Positions 42,518 to 62,419 of a stretch of DNA of 64,000 nt are shown one piece after another. How positions within the stretch are numbered: the stretch's first letter is position 1; each line of letters starts with the position of its first letter. The DNA comes from the human T2T-CHM13v2.0 reference genome, Homo sapiens: assembly GCF_009914755.1 (NCBI RefSeq), contig NC_060948.1; one strand, 5' to 3'. The translations under genes were made by a program, and so were the position numbers. Below the pieces are notes generated by a model, which did not search any database, had not been told where the DNA came from, and saw only the letters and a program-made list of their open reading frames with translations.

Positions 42518-43081
42518 AGATCCATATTTTTTAAATGAAAAAAAATTTCAAAGGTACTCTGCTTGGTACAATAATCAAATGTATAAACTGAGGAATAAAA
42601 CATAACCATGAAACCTATTTATAACTGCATATGGAAAATACAGAGGATAATTTTTTAAATAACATATTGTTAAAGCCTTAACTAGTAATTTGAAGAGTTG
42701 GCATTTGAAAGGCCAGTATGAATATACCTTCACAGCAGCAACACAGGTTCCCCATGAGAAAAAGCAAACTCAGGGAAAATAAAACCACAAAGGTTCAATC
42801 TCTTCTGACCTTTGAAAGACCCAGCACAGACAGTGGTCCTTAGGACGAAGAGCAGGAGACCCCTAATTCCGTCACCATGGCGATAGGGCATAAACATTGC
42901 TGGGTGAGGGCACAATCCACATTGTGAGGTCCAACTCCTGCCAGGAAGACAGGAGTGCTTTTACATAGACCGAAAGGTCATTGAAGGCTCAGAGTTTTGT
43001 TTCAAGAACTGAATCCCAAGCCCACACGTTATTAGGCTGCGCTTCTTAAAACAAGTTATGAGATGGGAAAAAGGGCACCCA
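42518..43081. repeat. HSATI segment (non-Alu, mixed-composition part of DYZ2), copy 1
   Basis: ~565-bp complex sequence AGATCCATATTTT...GGGAAAAAGGGCACCCA that follows every Alu. The HSATI name comes from knowledge of DYZ2 structure. Confidence 0.8.
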
Positions 43082-44928
<1,847 letters not shown>

Positions 44929-45491
44929 AGATCCATATTTTTTAAATGAAAAAAAATTTCAAAGGTACTCTGCTTGGTACAATAATCAAATGTATAAACT
45001 GAGGAATAAAACATAACCATGAAACCTACTTATAACTGCATATGGAAAATACAGAGGATAATTTTTTAAATAACATATTTTGAAAGCCTTAACTAGTAAT
45101 TTGAAGAGTTGGCATTTGAAAGGCCAGTATGAATATACCTTCAAAGCAGCAACACAGGTTCCCCATGAGAAAAAGCAAACTCAGGGAAAATAAAACCACA
45201 AAGGTTCAATCTCTTCTGACCTTTGAAAGACACAGCACAGACAGTGGTCCTTAGGATGAAGAGCAGGAGACCCCTAATTACGTCACCATGGCGATAGGGC
45301 ATAAATATTGCTGGGTGAGGGCACAATCCACCTTGTGAGGTCCAACTGCTGCCAGGAAGACAGGAGTGTTTTACATAGACCGAAAAGTCATTGAAGGCTC
45401 AGAGTTTTGTTTCAAGAACTGAATCCCAAGCCCACACGTTATTAGGCTGCGCTTCTTAAAACAAGTTATGAGATGGGAAAAAGGGCACCCA
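44929..45491. repeat. HSATI segment, copy 2
   Basis: Near-identical to 42518-43081. Confidence 0.8.
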
Positions 45492-47032
45492 CAAACATAC
45501 GTATACATTATGTATATAATAATATACAGTATCATATATATAATATATATAACCTATGTATAATATTGTTTTACATCCTGCATCTTATGTTATATATATT
45601 GTATAAAATATAATAATTGATAATATATAAGTTTTATATTTATACAATATGACATATAGTATATATTATAATTTATGACATATATAATATATGTTATATA
45701 TCATATATAGAATATATTATACGGTTAATATACGTATTAAATATAAATTATACATTATATATATTATTTATAATATATCTGTTATATATAATACCCATTA
45801 TGCATAATATATATATTATGTCTATGTTATATATAGTATAAAACAACATATAATAATATATAATTGTATATATAAAATGCGACATATAATATATATTATA
45901 TTTTATGACATATGTAATATATATTATATATTATATATAATACTTTGTATGTATAATACCTATATTAAATATATATTATATGACTATGTTATTAATTACA
46001 TGTCACATATGTTATATATTATTTATTTTACATAGAATATACCGGTTACATACAATATATAGTATGTTACCTATAATGTATAATTTATTACATGTAAAAT
46101 AAAGAATGCAATATATTATGTATAATTTATAATATACAATATGTGGAATGTGATATATATAACATATAATATATGATATATGATATGGAGTATATGATAT
46201 ATAACATACAATATATGATACCTAATATATATGGTATACAATATATATTTTATGATATGTATTCTATATGTTATATATTCTGTTATATATAACTGTTTGA
46301 AATTATATATAACTGTATAATATTTTAGGTAAATATGTAATATAATATATATAACTTTATAATATATTATATATAACTATATATTATGTTATATATACTT
46401 TTATAACATAATTTACATAAAATATCATAATATAATATATATTATATTATTTCATATTACATAATATATATTACATATCACCCAATATAAGTAACATACA
46501 TAATATTATAATATAGATTATATTATGTTATATTAAATCTCATAAATATCATGTATCATATATTCTATAATATATATTATACATTATATAATATGTATGT
46601 TGTCTATTATGTGATATATATAACTATATATATAATTATATTATTATACATATAACTAGATAAACATGTAATTCTACATATTTTCATTTATAATATATAG
46701 AATTATATAATCATATATAATTATTTATATTCTATTAAAAATTATATCATTATATAAATTATAATATATAAAAATTATAATATGTACTACAAATATATAT
46801 ATTATATATCATATATGATATAGTACCTTTGTTATATATCATAATACATATAAATGTGTATTATGTTATCTATAATTATATAATTTCATATATAAGATGT
46901 ATAATATGTATTATTTATTATATATGTTATGTAATATATATAGTATATATAAGCTGACACAGGATAAATATTATATACTATGACATATAAAATATATGAG
47001 GTTATATGTTACATATAAGGCATAGCACATAA

Positions 47033-47346
<314 letters not shown>

Positions 47347-47910
47347 AGATCCATATTTTGTAAATGAAAAAAAATTTCAAAGGTACTCTGCTTGGTACAA
47401 TAATCAAATGTATAAACTGAGGAATAAAACATAACCATGAAACCTACTTATAACTGCATATGGAAAATACAGAGGATAATTTTTTAAATAACATATTTTG
47501 AAAGCCTTAACTAGTAATTTGAAGAGTTGGCATTTGACAGGCCAGTATGAATATACCTTCAAAGCAGCAACACAGGTTCCCCATGAGAAAAAGCAAACTC
47601 AGGGAAAATAAAACCACAAAGGTTCAATCTCTTCTGACCTTTGAAAGACACAGCACAGACAGTGGTCCTTAGGACGAAGAGCAGGAGACCCCTAATTCCG
47701 TCACCATGGCGATAGGGCATAAACACTGCTGGGTGAGGGCACAATCCACATTGTGAGGTCCAACTGCTGCCAGGAAGACAGGAGTGCTTTTACATAGACC
47801 GAAAGGTCATTGAAGGCTCAGAGTTTTGTTTCAAGAACTGAATCCCAAGCCCACACGTTATTAGGCTGCGCTTCTTAAAACAAGTTATGAGATGGGAAAA
47901 AGGGCACCCA
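47347..47910. repeat. HSATI segment, copy 3
   Basis: Near-identical to the other copies. Confidence 0.8.
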
Positions 47911-49451
47911 CAAACATACGTATACATTATGTATATAATAATATACAGTATCATATATATAATATATATAACCTATGTATAATATTGTTTTACATCCTGC
48001 ATCTTATATTATATATATTGTGTAAAATATAATAATTGATAATATATAAGTTTTATATTTATACAATATGACATATAGTATATATTATAATTTATGACAT
48101 ATATAATATATGTTATATATAATATATAGAAAATATTATACGGTTAATATACGTATTAAATATAAATTATACATTATATATATTATATAAAATATATCTG
48201 CTATATATAATACCCATTATGCATAATATATATATTATGTCTATGTTATGTATAGTATAAAACAACATATAATAATATATAATTGTATATATAAAATGCG
48301 ACATATAATATATATTATATTTTATGACATATGTAATATATATTATATATTATATATAATACGTTGTATGTATAATACCTATATTAAATTTATATTATAT
48401 GACTATGTTATTAATTACATGTCACATATGTTATATATTATATATTTTACATAGAATGTACCGGTTACATACAATATATACTATGTTACCTATAATGTAT
48501 AATTTATTACATGTAAAATAAAGAATGCAATATATTATGTATAATTTATAATATACAATATGTGGAATGTGATATATATAACATATAATATATGATATAT
48601 GATATACAGTATATGATATATAACATACAATATATGATACCTAACATATATGGTATACAATATATATTTTATGATATGTATTCTCCATGTTTTATATTCT
48701 GTTATATATAACTATTTGAAATTATATATAACTTTGTAATATTTTATGTAAATATGTAATATAATATATATAACTATATAATATATTATATATAACTATA
48801 TATTATGTTATATATACTTTTATAACATAATTTACATAAAATATCATAATATAATATATATTATATTATTTCATATTACATAATATATATTACATATCAC
48901 CCAATATAAGTAACATACATAATATTATAATATAGATTATATTATGTTATAGTAAATATCATATATATCATGTGTCATATATTCTATAATATATATTATA
49001 CATTATATAATATGTATGTTGTCTATTATGTGATATATATAACTATATATATAATTATATTATTATACATATAACTAGATAAATATGTAATTCTACATAT
49101 TTTCATTTATACTATATAGAATTATATAATCATATATAATTATTTATATTCTATAAAAAATTATATCATTATATAAATTATAATATATAAAAATTATAAT
49201 ATGTACTACAAATATATATATTATATATCATATATGATATAGTACCTTTGTTATATATCATAATACATATAAATGTGTATTATGTTATCTATAATTATAT
49301 AATTTCATATATAAGATGTATAATATGTGTTATATATTATATATGTTATGTAATAAATATAGTATATATAAGATGACACAGGATAAATATTATATACTAT
49401 GACATACAAAATATATGAGGTTATATGTTACATATAAGGCATAGCACATAA

Positions 49452-49766
<315 letters not shown>

Positions 49767-50330
49767 AGATCCATATTTTTTAAATGAAAAAAAATTTCAA
49801 AGGTACTCTGCTTGGTACAATAATCAAATGTATAAACTGAGGAATAAAACATAACCATGAAACCTACTTATAACTGCATATGGAAAATACAGAGGATAAT
49901 TTTTTAAATAACATATTTTGAAAGCCTTAACTAGTAATTTGAAGAGTTGGCATTTGAAAGGCCAGTATGAATATACATTCAAAGCAGCAACACAGGTTCC
50001 CCATGAGAAAAAGCAAACTCAGGGAAAATAAAACCACAAAGGTTCAATCTCTTCTGACCTTTGAAAGACACAGCACAGACAGTGGTCCTTAGGACGAAGA
50101 GCAGGAGACCCCTAATTCCGTCACCATGGCGATAGGGCATAAACATTGCTGGGTGAGGGCACAATCCACATTGTGAGGTCCAACTGCTGCCAGGAAGACA
50201 GGAGTGCTTTTACATAGACCGAAAGGTCATTGAAGGCTCAGAGTTTTGTTTCAAGAACTGAATCCCAAGCCCACACGTTATTAGGCTGCGCTTCTTAAAA
50301 CAAGTTATGAGATGGGAAAAAGGGCACCCA
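49767..50330. repeat. HSATI segment, copy 4
   Basis: Near-identical to the other copies. Confidence 0.8.
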
Positions 50331-51894
50331 CAAACATACGTATACATTATGTATATAATAATATACAGTATCATATATATAATATATATAACCTATGTAT
50401 AATATTGTTTTACATCCTGCATCTTATATTATATATATTGTATAAAATATAATAATTGATAATATATAAGTTTTATATTTATACAATATGACATATAGTA
50501 TATATTATAATTTATGACATATATTATATATGTTATATATCATATATAGAATATATTATACGGTTAATATACGTATTAAATATAAATTATACATTATATA
50601 TATTATATATAATATATCTGCTATATATAATACCCATTATGCATAATATATATATTATGTCTATGTTATGTATAGTATAAAACAACATATAATAATATAT
50701 AATTGTATATATAAAATGCGACATATAATATATATTATATTTTATGACATATGTAATATATATTATATATTATATATAATACGTTGTATGTATAATACCT
50801 ATATTAAATTTATATTATATGACTATGTTATTAATTACATGTCACATATGTTATATATTATATATTTTACATAGAATGTACCGGTTACATACAATATATA
50901 CTATGTTACCTATAATGTATAATTTATTACATGTAAAATAAAGAATGCAATATATTATGTATAATTTATAATATACAATATGTGGAGTGTGATATATATA
51001 ACATATAATATATGATATATGATATACAGTATATGATATATAACATACAATATATGATACCTAACATATATGGTATACAATATATATTTTATGATATGTA
51101 TTCTCCATGTTTTATATTCTGTTATATATAACTATTTGAAATTATATATAACTTTGTAATATTTTATGTAAATATGTAATATAATATATATAACTATATA
51201 ATATATTATATATAACTATATATTATGTTATATATACTTTTATAACATAATTTACATAAAATATCATAATATAATATATATTATATTATTTCATATTACA
51301 TAATATATATTACATATCACCCAATATAAGTAACATACATAATATTATAATATAGATTATATTATGTTATAGTAAATATCATATATATCATGTGTCATAT
51401 ATTCTATAATATATATTATACATTATATAATATGTATGTTGTCTATTATGTGATATATATAACTATATATATAATTATATTATTATACATATAACTAGAT
51501 AAATATGTAATTCTACATATTTTCATTTATACTATATAGAATTATATAATCATATATAATTATTTATATTCTATAAAAAATTATATCATTATATAAATTA
51601 TAATATATAAAAATTATAATATGTACTACAAATATATATATTATATATCATATATGATATAGTACCTTTGTTATATATCATAATACATATAAATGTGTAT
51701 TATGTTATCTATAATTATATAATTTCATATATAAGATGTATAATATGTGTTATATATTATATATGTTATGTAATAAATATAGTATATATAAGATGACACA
51801 GGATAAATATTATATACTATGACATACAAAATATATGAGGTTATATGTTACATATAAGGCATAGCACATAACATGTAATATATATCATCTATAA

Positions 51895-52186
<292 letters not shown>

Positions 52187-52750
52187 AGATCCATATTTTT
52201 TAAATGAAAAAAAATTTCAAAGGTACTCTGCTTGGTACAATAATCAAATGTATAAACTGAGGAATAAAACATAACCATGAAACCTACTTATAACTGCATA
52301 TGGAAAATACAGAGGATAATTTTTTAAATAACATATTTTGAAAGCCTTAACTAGTAATTTGAAGACTTGGCATTTGAAAGGCCAGTATGAATATACCTTC
52401 AAAGCAGCAACACAGGTTCCCCATGAGAAAAAGCAAACTCAGGGAAAATAAAACCACAAAGGTTCAATCTCTTCTGACCTTTGAAAGACACAGCACAGAC
52501 AGTGGTCCTTAGGACGAAGAGCAGGAGACCCCTAATTCCGTCACCATGGCGATAGGGCATAAACATTGCTGGGTGAGGGCACAATCCACATTGTGAGGTC
52601 CAACTGCTGCCAGGAAGACAGGAGTGCTTTTACATAGACCGAAAGGTCATTGAAGGCTCAGAGTTTTGTTTCAAGAACTGAATCCCAAGCCCACACGTTA
52701 TTAGGCTGCGCTTCTTAAAACAAGTTATGAGATGGGAAAAAGGGCACCCA
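52187..52750. repeat. HSATI segment, copy 5
   Basis: Near-identical to the other copies. Confidence 0.8.
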
Positions 52751-54289
52751 CAAACATACGTATACATTATGTATATAATAATATACAGTATCATATATAT
52801 AATATATATAACCTATGTATAATATTGTTTTACATCCTGCATCTTATATTATGTATATTGTATAAAATATAATAATTGATAATATATAAGTTTTATATTT
52901 ATACAATATGACATATAGTATATATTATAATTTATGACATATATTATATATGTTATATATCATATATAGAATATATTATACGGTTAATATACGCATTAAA
53001 TATAAATTATACATTATATATATAATATATAATATATCTGCTATATATAATACCCATTATGCATAATATATATATTATGTCTATGTTATATATAGTATAA
53101 AACAACATATAATAATATATAATTATATATATAAAATGCGACATATAATATATATTATATTTTATGACATATGTAATATATATTATATATTATATATAAT
53201 ACGTTGTATGTATAATACCTATATTAAATATATATTATATGACTATGTTATTAATTACATGTCACATATGTTATATATTATATATTTTACATAGAATGTA
53301 CCGGTTACATACAATATATACTATGTTACCTATAATGTATAATTTATTACATGTAAAATAAAGAATGCAATATATTATGTATAATTTATAATATACAATA
53401 TGTGGAATGTGATATATATAACATATAATATATGATATATGATATACAGTATGTGATATATAACCTACAATATATGATACCTAACATATATGGTATACAA
53501 TATATATTTTATGATATGTATTCTCTATGTTTTATATTCTGTTATATATAACTATTTGATATTATATATAACTGTGTAATATTTTATGTAAATATGTAAT
53601 ATAATATATATAACTATATAATATATTATATATAACTATATATTATGTTATATATACTTTTATAACATAATTTACATAAAATATCATAATATAATATATA
53701 TTATATTATTTCATATTACATAATATATATTACATATCACCCAATATAAGTAACATACATAATATTATAATATAGATTATATTATGTTATATTAAATCTC
53801 ATATATATCATGTATCATATATTCTATAATATATATTATACATTATATAATATGTATGTTGTCTATTATGTGATATATATAACTATATATATAATTATAT
53901 TATTATACATATAACTAGATAAACATGTAATTCTACATGTTTTCATTTATAATATATAGAATTATATAATCATATATAATTATTTATATTCTATAAAAAA
54001 TTATATCATTATATAAATTATAATATATAAAAATTATAATATGTACTACAAATATATATTATATATCATATATGATATAGTACCTTTGTTATATATCATA
54101 ATACACATAAATGTGTATTATGTTATCTATAATTATATAATTTCATATATAAGATGTATAATATGTGTTATATATTATATATGTTATGTAATATATATAG
54201 TATATATAAGATGACACAGGATAAATATTATATACTATGACATACAAAATATATGAGGTTATATGTTACATATAAGGCATAGCACATAA

Positions 54290-54604
<315 letters not shown>

Positions 54605-55168
54605 AGATCCATATTTTTTAAATGAAAAAAAATTTCAAAGGTACTCTGCTTGGTACAATAATCAAATGTATAAACTGAGGAATAAAACATAACCATGAAA
54701 CCTACTTATAACTGCATATGGAAAATACAGAGGATAATTTTTTAAATAACATATTTTGAAAGCCTTAACTAGTAATTTGAAGAGGTGGCATTTGAAAGGC
54801 CAGTATGAATATACCTTCAAAGCAGCAACACAGGTTCCCCATGAGAAAAAGCAAACTCAGGGAAAATAAAACCACAAAGGTTCAATCTCTTCTGACCTTT
54901 GAAAGACACAGCACAGACAGTGGTCCTTAGGACGAAGAGCAGGAGACCCCTAATTCCGTCACCATGGCGATAGGGCATAAACATTGCTGGGTGAGGGCAC
55001 AATCCACATTGTGAGGTCCAACTGCTGCCAGGAAGACAGGAGTGCTTTTACATAGACCGAAAGGTCATTGAAGGCTCAGAGTTTTGTTTCAAGAACTGAA
55101 TCCCAAGCCCACACGTTATTAGGCTGCGCTTCTTAAAACAAGTTATGAGATGGGAAAAAGGGCACCCA
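54605..55168. repeat. HSATI segment, copy 6
   Basis: Near-identical to the other copies. Confidence 0.8.
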
Positions 55169-56707
55169 CAAACATACGTATACATTATGTATATAATAAT
55201 ATACAGTATCATATATATAATATATATAACCTATGTATAATATTGTTTTACATCCTGCATCTTATATTATGTATATTGTATAAAATATAATAATTGATAA
55301 TATATAAGTTTTATATTTATACAATATGACATATAGTATATATTATAATTTATGACATATATTATATATGTTATATATCATATATAGAATATATTATACG
55401 GTTAATATACGTATTAAATATAAATTATACATTATATATATTATATATAATATATCTGCTATATATAATACCCATTATGCATAATATATATATTATGTCT
55501 ATGTTATATATAGTATAAAACAACATATAATAATATATAATTGTATATATAAAATGCGACATATAATATATATTATATTTTATGACATATGTAATATATA
55601 TTATATATTATATATAATACGTTGTATGTATAATACCTATATTAAATATATATTATATGACTATGTTATTAATTACATGTCACATATGTTATATATTATA
55701 TATTTTACATAGAATGTACCGGTTACATACAATATATACTATGTTACCTATAATGTATAATTTATTACATGTAAAATAAAGAATGCAATATATTATGTAT
55801 AATTTATAATATACAATATGTGGAATGTGATATATATAACATATAATATATGATATATGATATACAGTATGTGATATATAACCTACAATATATGATACCT
55901 AACATATATGGTATACAATATATATTTTATGATATGTATTCTCTGTGTTTTATATTCTCTTATATATAACTATTTGATATTATATATAACTGTGTAATAT
56001 TTTATGTAAATATGTAATATAATATATATAACTATATAATATATTATATATAACTATATATTATGTTATATATACTTTTATAACATAATTTACATAAAAT
56101 ATCATAATATAATATATATTATATTATTTCATATTACATAATATATATTACATATCACCCAATATAAGTAACATACATAATATTATAATATAGATTATAT
56201 TATGTTATATTAAATCTCATATATATCATGTATCATATATTCTATAATATATATTATACATTATATAATATGTATGTTGTCTATTATGTGATATATATAA
56301 CTATATATATAATTATATTATTATACATATAACTAGATAAACATGTAATTCTACATGTTTTCATTTATAATATATAGAATTATATAATCATATATAATTA
56401 TTTATATTCTATAAAAAATTATATCATTATATAAATTATAATATATAAAAATTATAATATGTACTACAAATATATATTATATATCATATATGATATAGTA
56501 CCTTTGTTATATATCATAATACACATAAATGTGTATTATGTTATCTATAATTATATAATTTCATATATAAGATGTATAATATGTGTTATATATTATATAT
56601 GTTATGTAATATATATAGTATATATAAGATGACACAGGATAAATATTATATACTATGACATACAAAATATATGAGGTTATATGTTACATATAAGGCATAG
56701 CACATAA

Positions 56708-57022
<315 letters not shown>

Positions 57023-57586
57023 AGATCCATATTTTTTAAATGAAAAAAAATTTCAAAGGTACTCTGCTTGGTACAATAATCAAATGTATAAACTGAGGAA
57101 TAAAACATAACCATGAAACCTAGTTATAACTGCATATGGAAAATACAGAGGATAATTTTTTAAATAACATATTTTGAAAGCCTTAACTAGTAATTTGAAG
57201 AGGTGGCATTTGAAAGGCCAGTATGAATATACCTTCAAAGCAGCAACACAGGTTCCCCATGAGAAAAAGCAAACTCAGGGAAAATAAAACCACAAAGGTT
57301 CAATCTCTTCTGACCTTTGAAAGACACAGCACAGACAGTGGTCCTTAGGACGAAGAGCAGGAGACCCCTAATTCCGTCACCATGGCGATAGGGCATAAAC
57401 ATTGCTGGGTGAGGGCACAATCCACATTGTGAGGTCCAACTGCTGCCAGGAAGACAGGAGTGCTTTTACATAGACCGAAAGGTCATTGAAGGCTCAGAGT
57501 TTTGTTTCAAGAACTGAATCCCAAGCCCACACGTTATTAGGCTGCGCTTCTTAAAACAAGTTATGAGATGGGAAAAAGGGCACCCA
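57023..57586. repeat. HSATI segment, copy 7
   Basis: Near-identical to the other copies. Confidence 0.8.
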
Positions 57587-59150
57587 CAAACATACGTATA
57601 CATTATGTATATAATAATATACAGTATCATATATATAATATATATAACCTATGTATAATATTGTTTTACATCCTGCATCTTATATTATGTATATTGTATA
57701 AAATATAATAATTGATAATATATAAGTTTTATATTTATACAATATGACATATAGTATATATTATAATTTATGACATATATTATATATGTTATATATCATA
57801 TATAGAATATATTATACGGTTAATATACGTATTAAATATAAATTATACATTATATATATTATATATAATATATCTGCTATATATAATACCCATTATGCAT
57901 AATATATATATTATGTCTATGTTATATATAGTATAAAACAACATATAATAATATATAATTGTATATATAAAATGCGACATATAATATATATTATATTTTA
58001 TGACATATGTAACATATATTATATATTATATATAATACGTTGTATGTATAATACCTATATTAAATTTATATTATATGACTATGTTATTAATTACATGTCA
58101 CATATGTTATATATTATATATTTTACATAGAATGTACCGGTTACATACAATATATACTATGTTACCTATAATGTATAATTTATTACATGTAAAATAAAGA
58201 ATGCAATATATTATGTATAATTTATAATATACAATATGTGGAATGTGATATATATAACATATAATATATGATATATGATATACAGTATATGATATATAAC
58301 CTATAATATATGATACCTAACATATATGGTATACAATATATATTTTATGATATGTATTCTCTATGTTTTATATTCTCTTATATATAACTATTTGAAATTA
58401 TATATAACTGTGTAATATTTTATGTAAATATGTAATATAATATATATAACTATATAATATATTATATATAACTATATATTATGTTATATATACTTTTATA
58501 ACATAATTTACATAAAATATCATAATATAATATATATTATATTATTTCATATTACATAATATATATTACATATCACCCAATATAAGTAACATACATAATA
58601 TTATAATATAGATTATATTATGTTATATTAAATATCATATATATCATGTATCATATATTCTATAATATATATTATACATTATATAATATGTATGTTGTCT
58701 ATTATGTGATATATATAACTATATATATAATTATATTATTATACATATAACTAGATAAACATGTAATTCTACATGTTTTCATTTATAATATATAGAATTA
58801 TATAATCATATATAATTATTTATATTCTATAAAAAATTATATCATTATATAAATTATAATATATAAAAATTATAATATGTACTACAAATATATATATTAT
58901 ATATCATATATGATATAGTACCTTTGTTATATATCATAATACACATAAATGTGTATTATGTTATCTATAATTATATAATTTCATATATAAGATGTATAAT
59001 ATGTGTTATATATTATATATGTTATGTAATATATATAGTATATATAAGATGACACAGGATAAATATTATATACTATGACATATAAAATATATGAGGTTAT
59101 ATGTTACATATAAGGCATAGCACATAACATGTAATATATATCATCTATAA

Positions 59151-59442
59151 TTTTTTTTTAGACAGAGTCTTGTCCTGTTGCACAGGGTGGAGTACAATGG
59201 CGCCATCTTTGCTCACTGCAACATCTGCCTCACGGGTCCAAGCGATTGTCCTCCATCACCCTCCCAGGTAGCTGGGACTACACCACACTGGGACTACACC
59301 AGCTGCCACCATGCCTAGCTAATTTTTTGGATTTTTAGTAGTGACAGCGTTTCACTGTATTGGCCAGGATGGTCTTGATCTCTTCACCTTGTGATCCCCT
59401 TGCCTTGGCCTCCAAATTCGCTGGGATTACAGGCCTGAGCCA
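59151..59442 (-). mobile_element. AluY-like SINE, DYZ2 copy 8
   Basis: Same antisense Alu. Confidence 0.93.
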
Positions 59443-60006
59443 AGATCCATATTTTTTAAATGAAAAAAAATTTCAAAGGTACTCTGCTTGGTACAATAAT
59501 CAAATGTATAAACTGAGGAATAAAACATAACCATGAAACCTACTTATAACTGCATATGGAAAATACAGAGGATAATTTTTTAAATAACATATTTTGAAAG
59601 CCTTAACTAGTAATTTGAAGAGTTGGCATTTGACAGGCCAGTATGAATATACCTTCAAAGCAGCAACACAGGTTCCCCATGAGAAAAAGCAAACTCAGGG
59701 AAAATAAAACCACAAAGGTTCAATCTCTTCTGACCTTTGAAAGACACAGCACAGACAGTGGTCCTTAGGACGAAGAGCAGGAGACCCCTAATTCCGTCAC
59801 CATGGCGATAGGGCATAAACACTGCTGGGTGAGGGCACAATCCACATTGTGAGGTCCAACTGCTGCCAGGAAGACAGGAGTGCTTTTACATAGACCGAAA
59901 GGTCATTGAAGGCTCAGAGTTTTGTTTCAAGAACTGAATCCCAAGCCCACACGTTATTAGGCTGCGCTTCTTAAAACAAGTTATGAGATGGGAAAAAGGG
60001 CACCCA
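59443..60006. repeat. HSATI segment, copy 8
   Basis: Near-identical to the other copies. Confidence 0.8.
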
Positions 60007-61563
60007 CAAACATACGTATACATTATGTATATAATAATATACAGTATCATATATATAATATATATAACCTATGTATAATATTGTTTTACATCCTGCATCT
60101 TATATTATATATATTGTGTAAAATATAATAATTGATAATATATAAGTTTTATATTTATACCATATGACATATAGTATATATTATAATTTCTGACATATAT
60201 AATATATGTTATATATAATATATAGAAAATATTATACGGTTAATATACGTATTAAATATAAATTATACATTAAATATATTATATAAAATATATCTGCTAT
60301 ATATAATACCCATTATGCATAATATATATATTATGTCTATGTTATGTATAGTATAAAACAACATATAATAATATATAATTGTATATATAAAATGCGACAT
60401 ATAATATATATTATATTTTATGACATCTGTAATATATATTATATATTATATATAATACGTTGTATGTATAATACCTATATTAAATATATATTATATGACT
60501 ATGTTATTAATTACATGTCACATATGTTATATATTATATATTTTACAAAGAATATACCGGTTACATACAATATATACTATGTTACCTATAAGGTATAATT
60601 TATTACATGTAAAATAAAGAATGCAATATATTATGTGTAATTTATAATATACAATATGTGGAATGTGATATATATAACATATAATATATGATATATGATA
60701 TACAGTATATGATATATAACATACAATATATGATACCTAATATATATGGTATACAATATATATTTTATGATATGTATTCTATATGTTTTATATTCTGTTA
60801 TATATAACTATTTGAAATTATATATAACTGTATAATATTTTATGTAAATATGTAATATAATATATATAACTATATAATATATTATATATAACTATATATT
60901 ATGTTATATATACTTTTATAACTTAATTTACATAAAATATCATAGTATAATATATATTATATTACTTCATATTACATAATATATATTACATATCACCCAA
61001 TATAAGTAACATACATAATATTATAATATACATTATATTATGTTATATTAAATATCATATATATCATGTATCATATATTCTATAATATATATTATACATT
61101 ATATAATATGCATGTTGTCTATTATGTGATATATATAACTATATATATAATTATATTATTATACATATATCTAGATAAACATGTAATTCTACATATTTTC
61201 ATTTATAATATATAGAATTACATAATCATATATAATTATATTCTATAAAAATTATATCATTATATAAATTATAATATATAAAAATTATAATATGTACTAC
61301 AAATATATATTATATATCATATATGATATAGTACCTTTGTTATATATCATAATACACATAAATGTGTATTATGTTATCTATAATTATATAATTTCATATA
61401 TAAGATGTATAATATGTGTTATATATTATATATGTTATGTAATATATATAGTATATATAAGATGACACAGGATAAATATTATATACTATGACATATAAAA
61501 TATATGAGGTTATATGTTACATATAAGGCATAGCACATAACATGTAATATATATCATCTATAA

Positions 61564-61855
61564 TTTTTTTTTAGACAGAGTCTTGTCCTGTTGCACAGGG
61601 TGGAGTACAATGGCGCCATCTTTGCTCACTGCAACATCTGCCTCACGGGTCCAAGCGATTGTCCTCCATCACCCTCCCAGGTAGCTGGGACTACACCACA
61701 CTGGGACTACACCAGCTGCCACCATGCCTAGCTAATTTTTTGGATTTTTAGTAGTGACAGCGTTTCACTGTATTGGCCAGGATGGTCTTGATCTCTTCAC
61801 CTTGTGATCCCCTTGCCTTGGCCTCCAAATTCGCTGGGATTACAGGCCTGAGCCA
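61564..61855 (-). mobile_element. AluY-like SINE, DYZ2 copy 9
   Basis: Same antisense Alu. Confidence 0.93.
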
Positions 61856-62419
61856 AGATCCATATTTTTTAAATGAAAAAAAATTTCAAAGGTACTCTGC
61901 TTGGTACAATAATCAAATGTATAAACTGAGGAATAAAACATAACCATGAAACCTACTTATAACTGCATATGGAAAATACAGAGGATTATTTTTTAAATAA
62001 CATATTTTGAAAGCCTTAACTAGTAATTTGAAGAGTTGGCATTTGACAGGCCAGTATGAATATACCTTCAAAGCAGCAACACAGGTTCCCCATGAGAAAA
62101 AGCAAACTCAGGGAAAATAAAACCACAAAGGTTCAATCTCTTCTGACCTTTGAAAGACACAGCACAGACAGTGGTCCTTAGGACGAAGAGCAGGAGACCC
62201 CTAATTCCGTCACCATGGCGATAGGGCATAAACACTGCTGGGTGAGGGCACAATCCACATTGTGAGGTCCAACTGCTGCCAGGAAGACAGGAGTGCTTTT
62301 ACATAGACCGAAAGGTCATTGAAGGCTCAGAGTTTTGTTTCAAGAACTGAATCCCAAGCCCACACGTTATTAGGCTGCGCTTCTTAAAACAAGTTATGAG
62401 ATGGGAAAAAGGGCACCCA
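61856..62419. repeat. HSATI segment, copy 9
   Basis: Near-identical to the other copies. Confidence 0.8.

Noticed and set aside
42730-42915. 61-aa minus-strand ORF (MCPHPAMFMPYRHGDG...) open in all nine HSATI copies
   Set aside because: Its start is TTG (CAA at 42913-42915), not ATG. It is short, has no recognisable domain, and the visible differences include amino-acid changes. Persistence is expected from the near identity of the copies.
42968-42979. GACC-GAAA-GGTC hairpin resembling hammerhead ribozyme stem II
   Set aside because: The flanking catalytic core (CUGANGA before, GAAA after) is absent, the stem is only 4 bp, and it is disrupted in copy 2.
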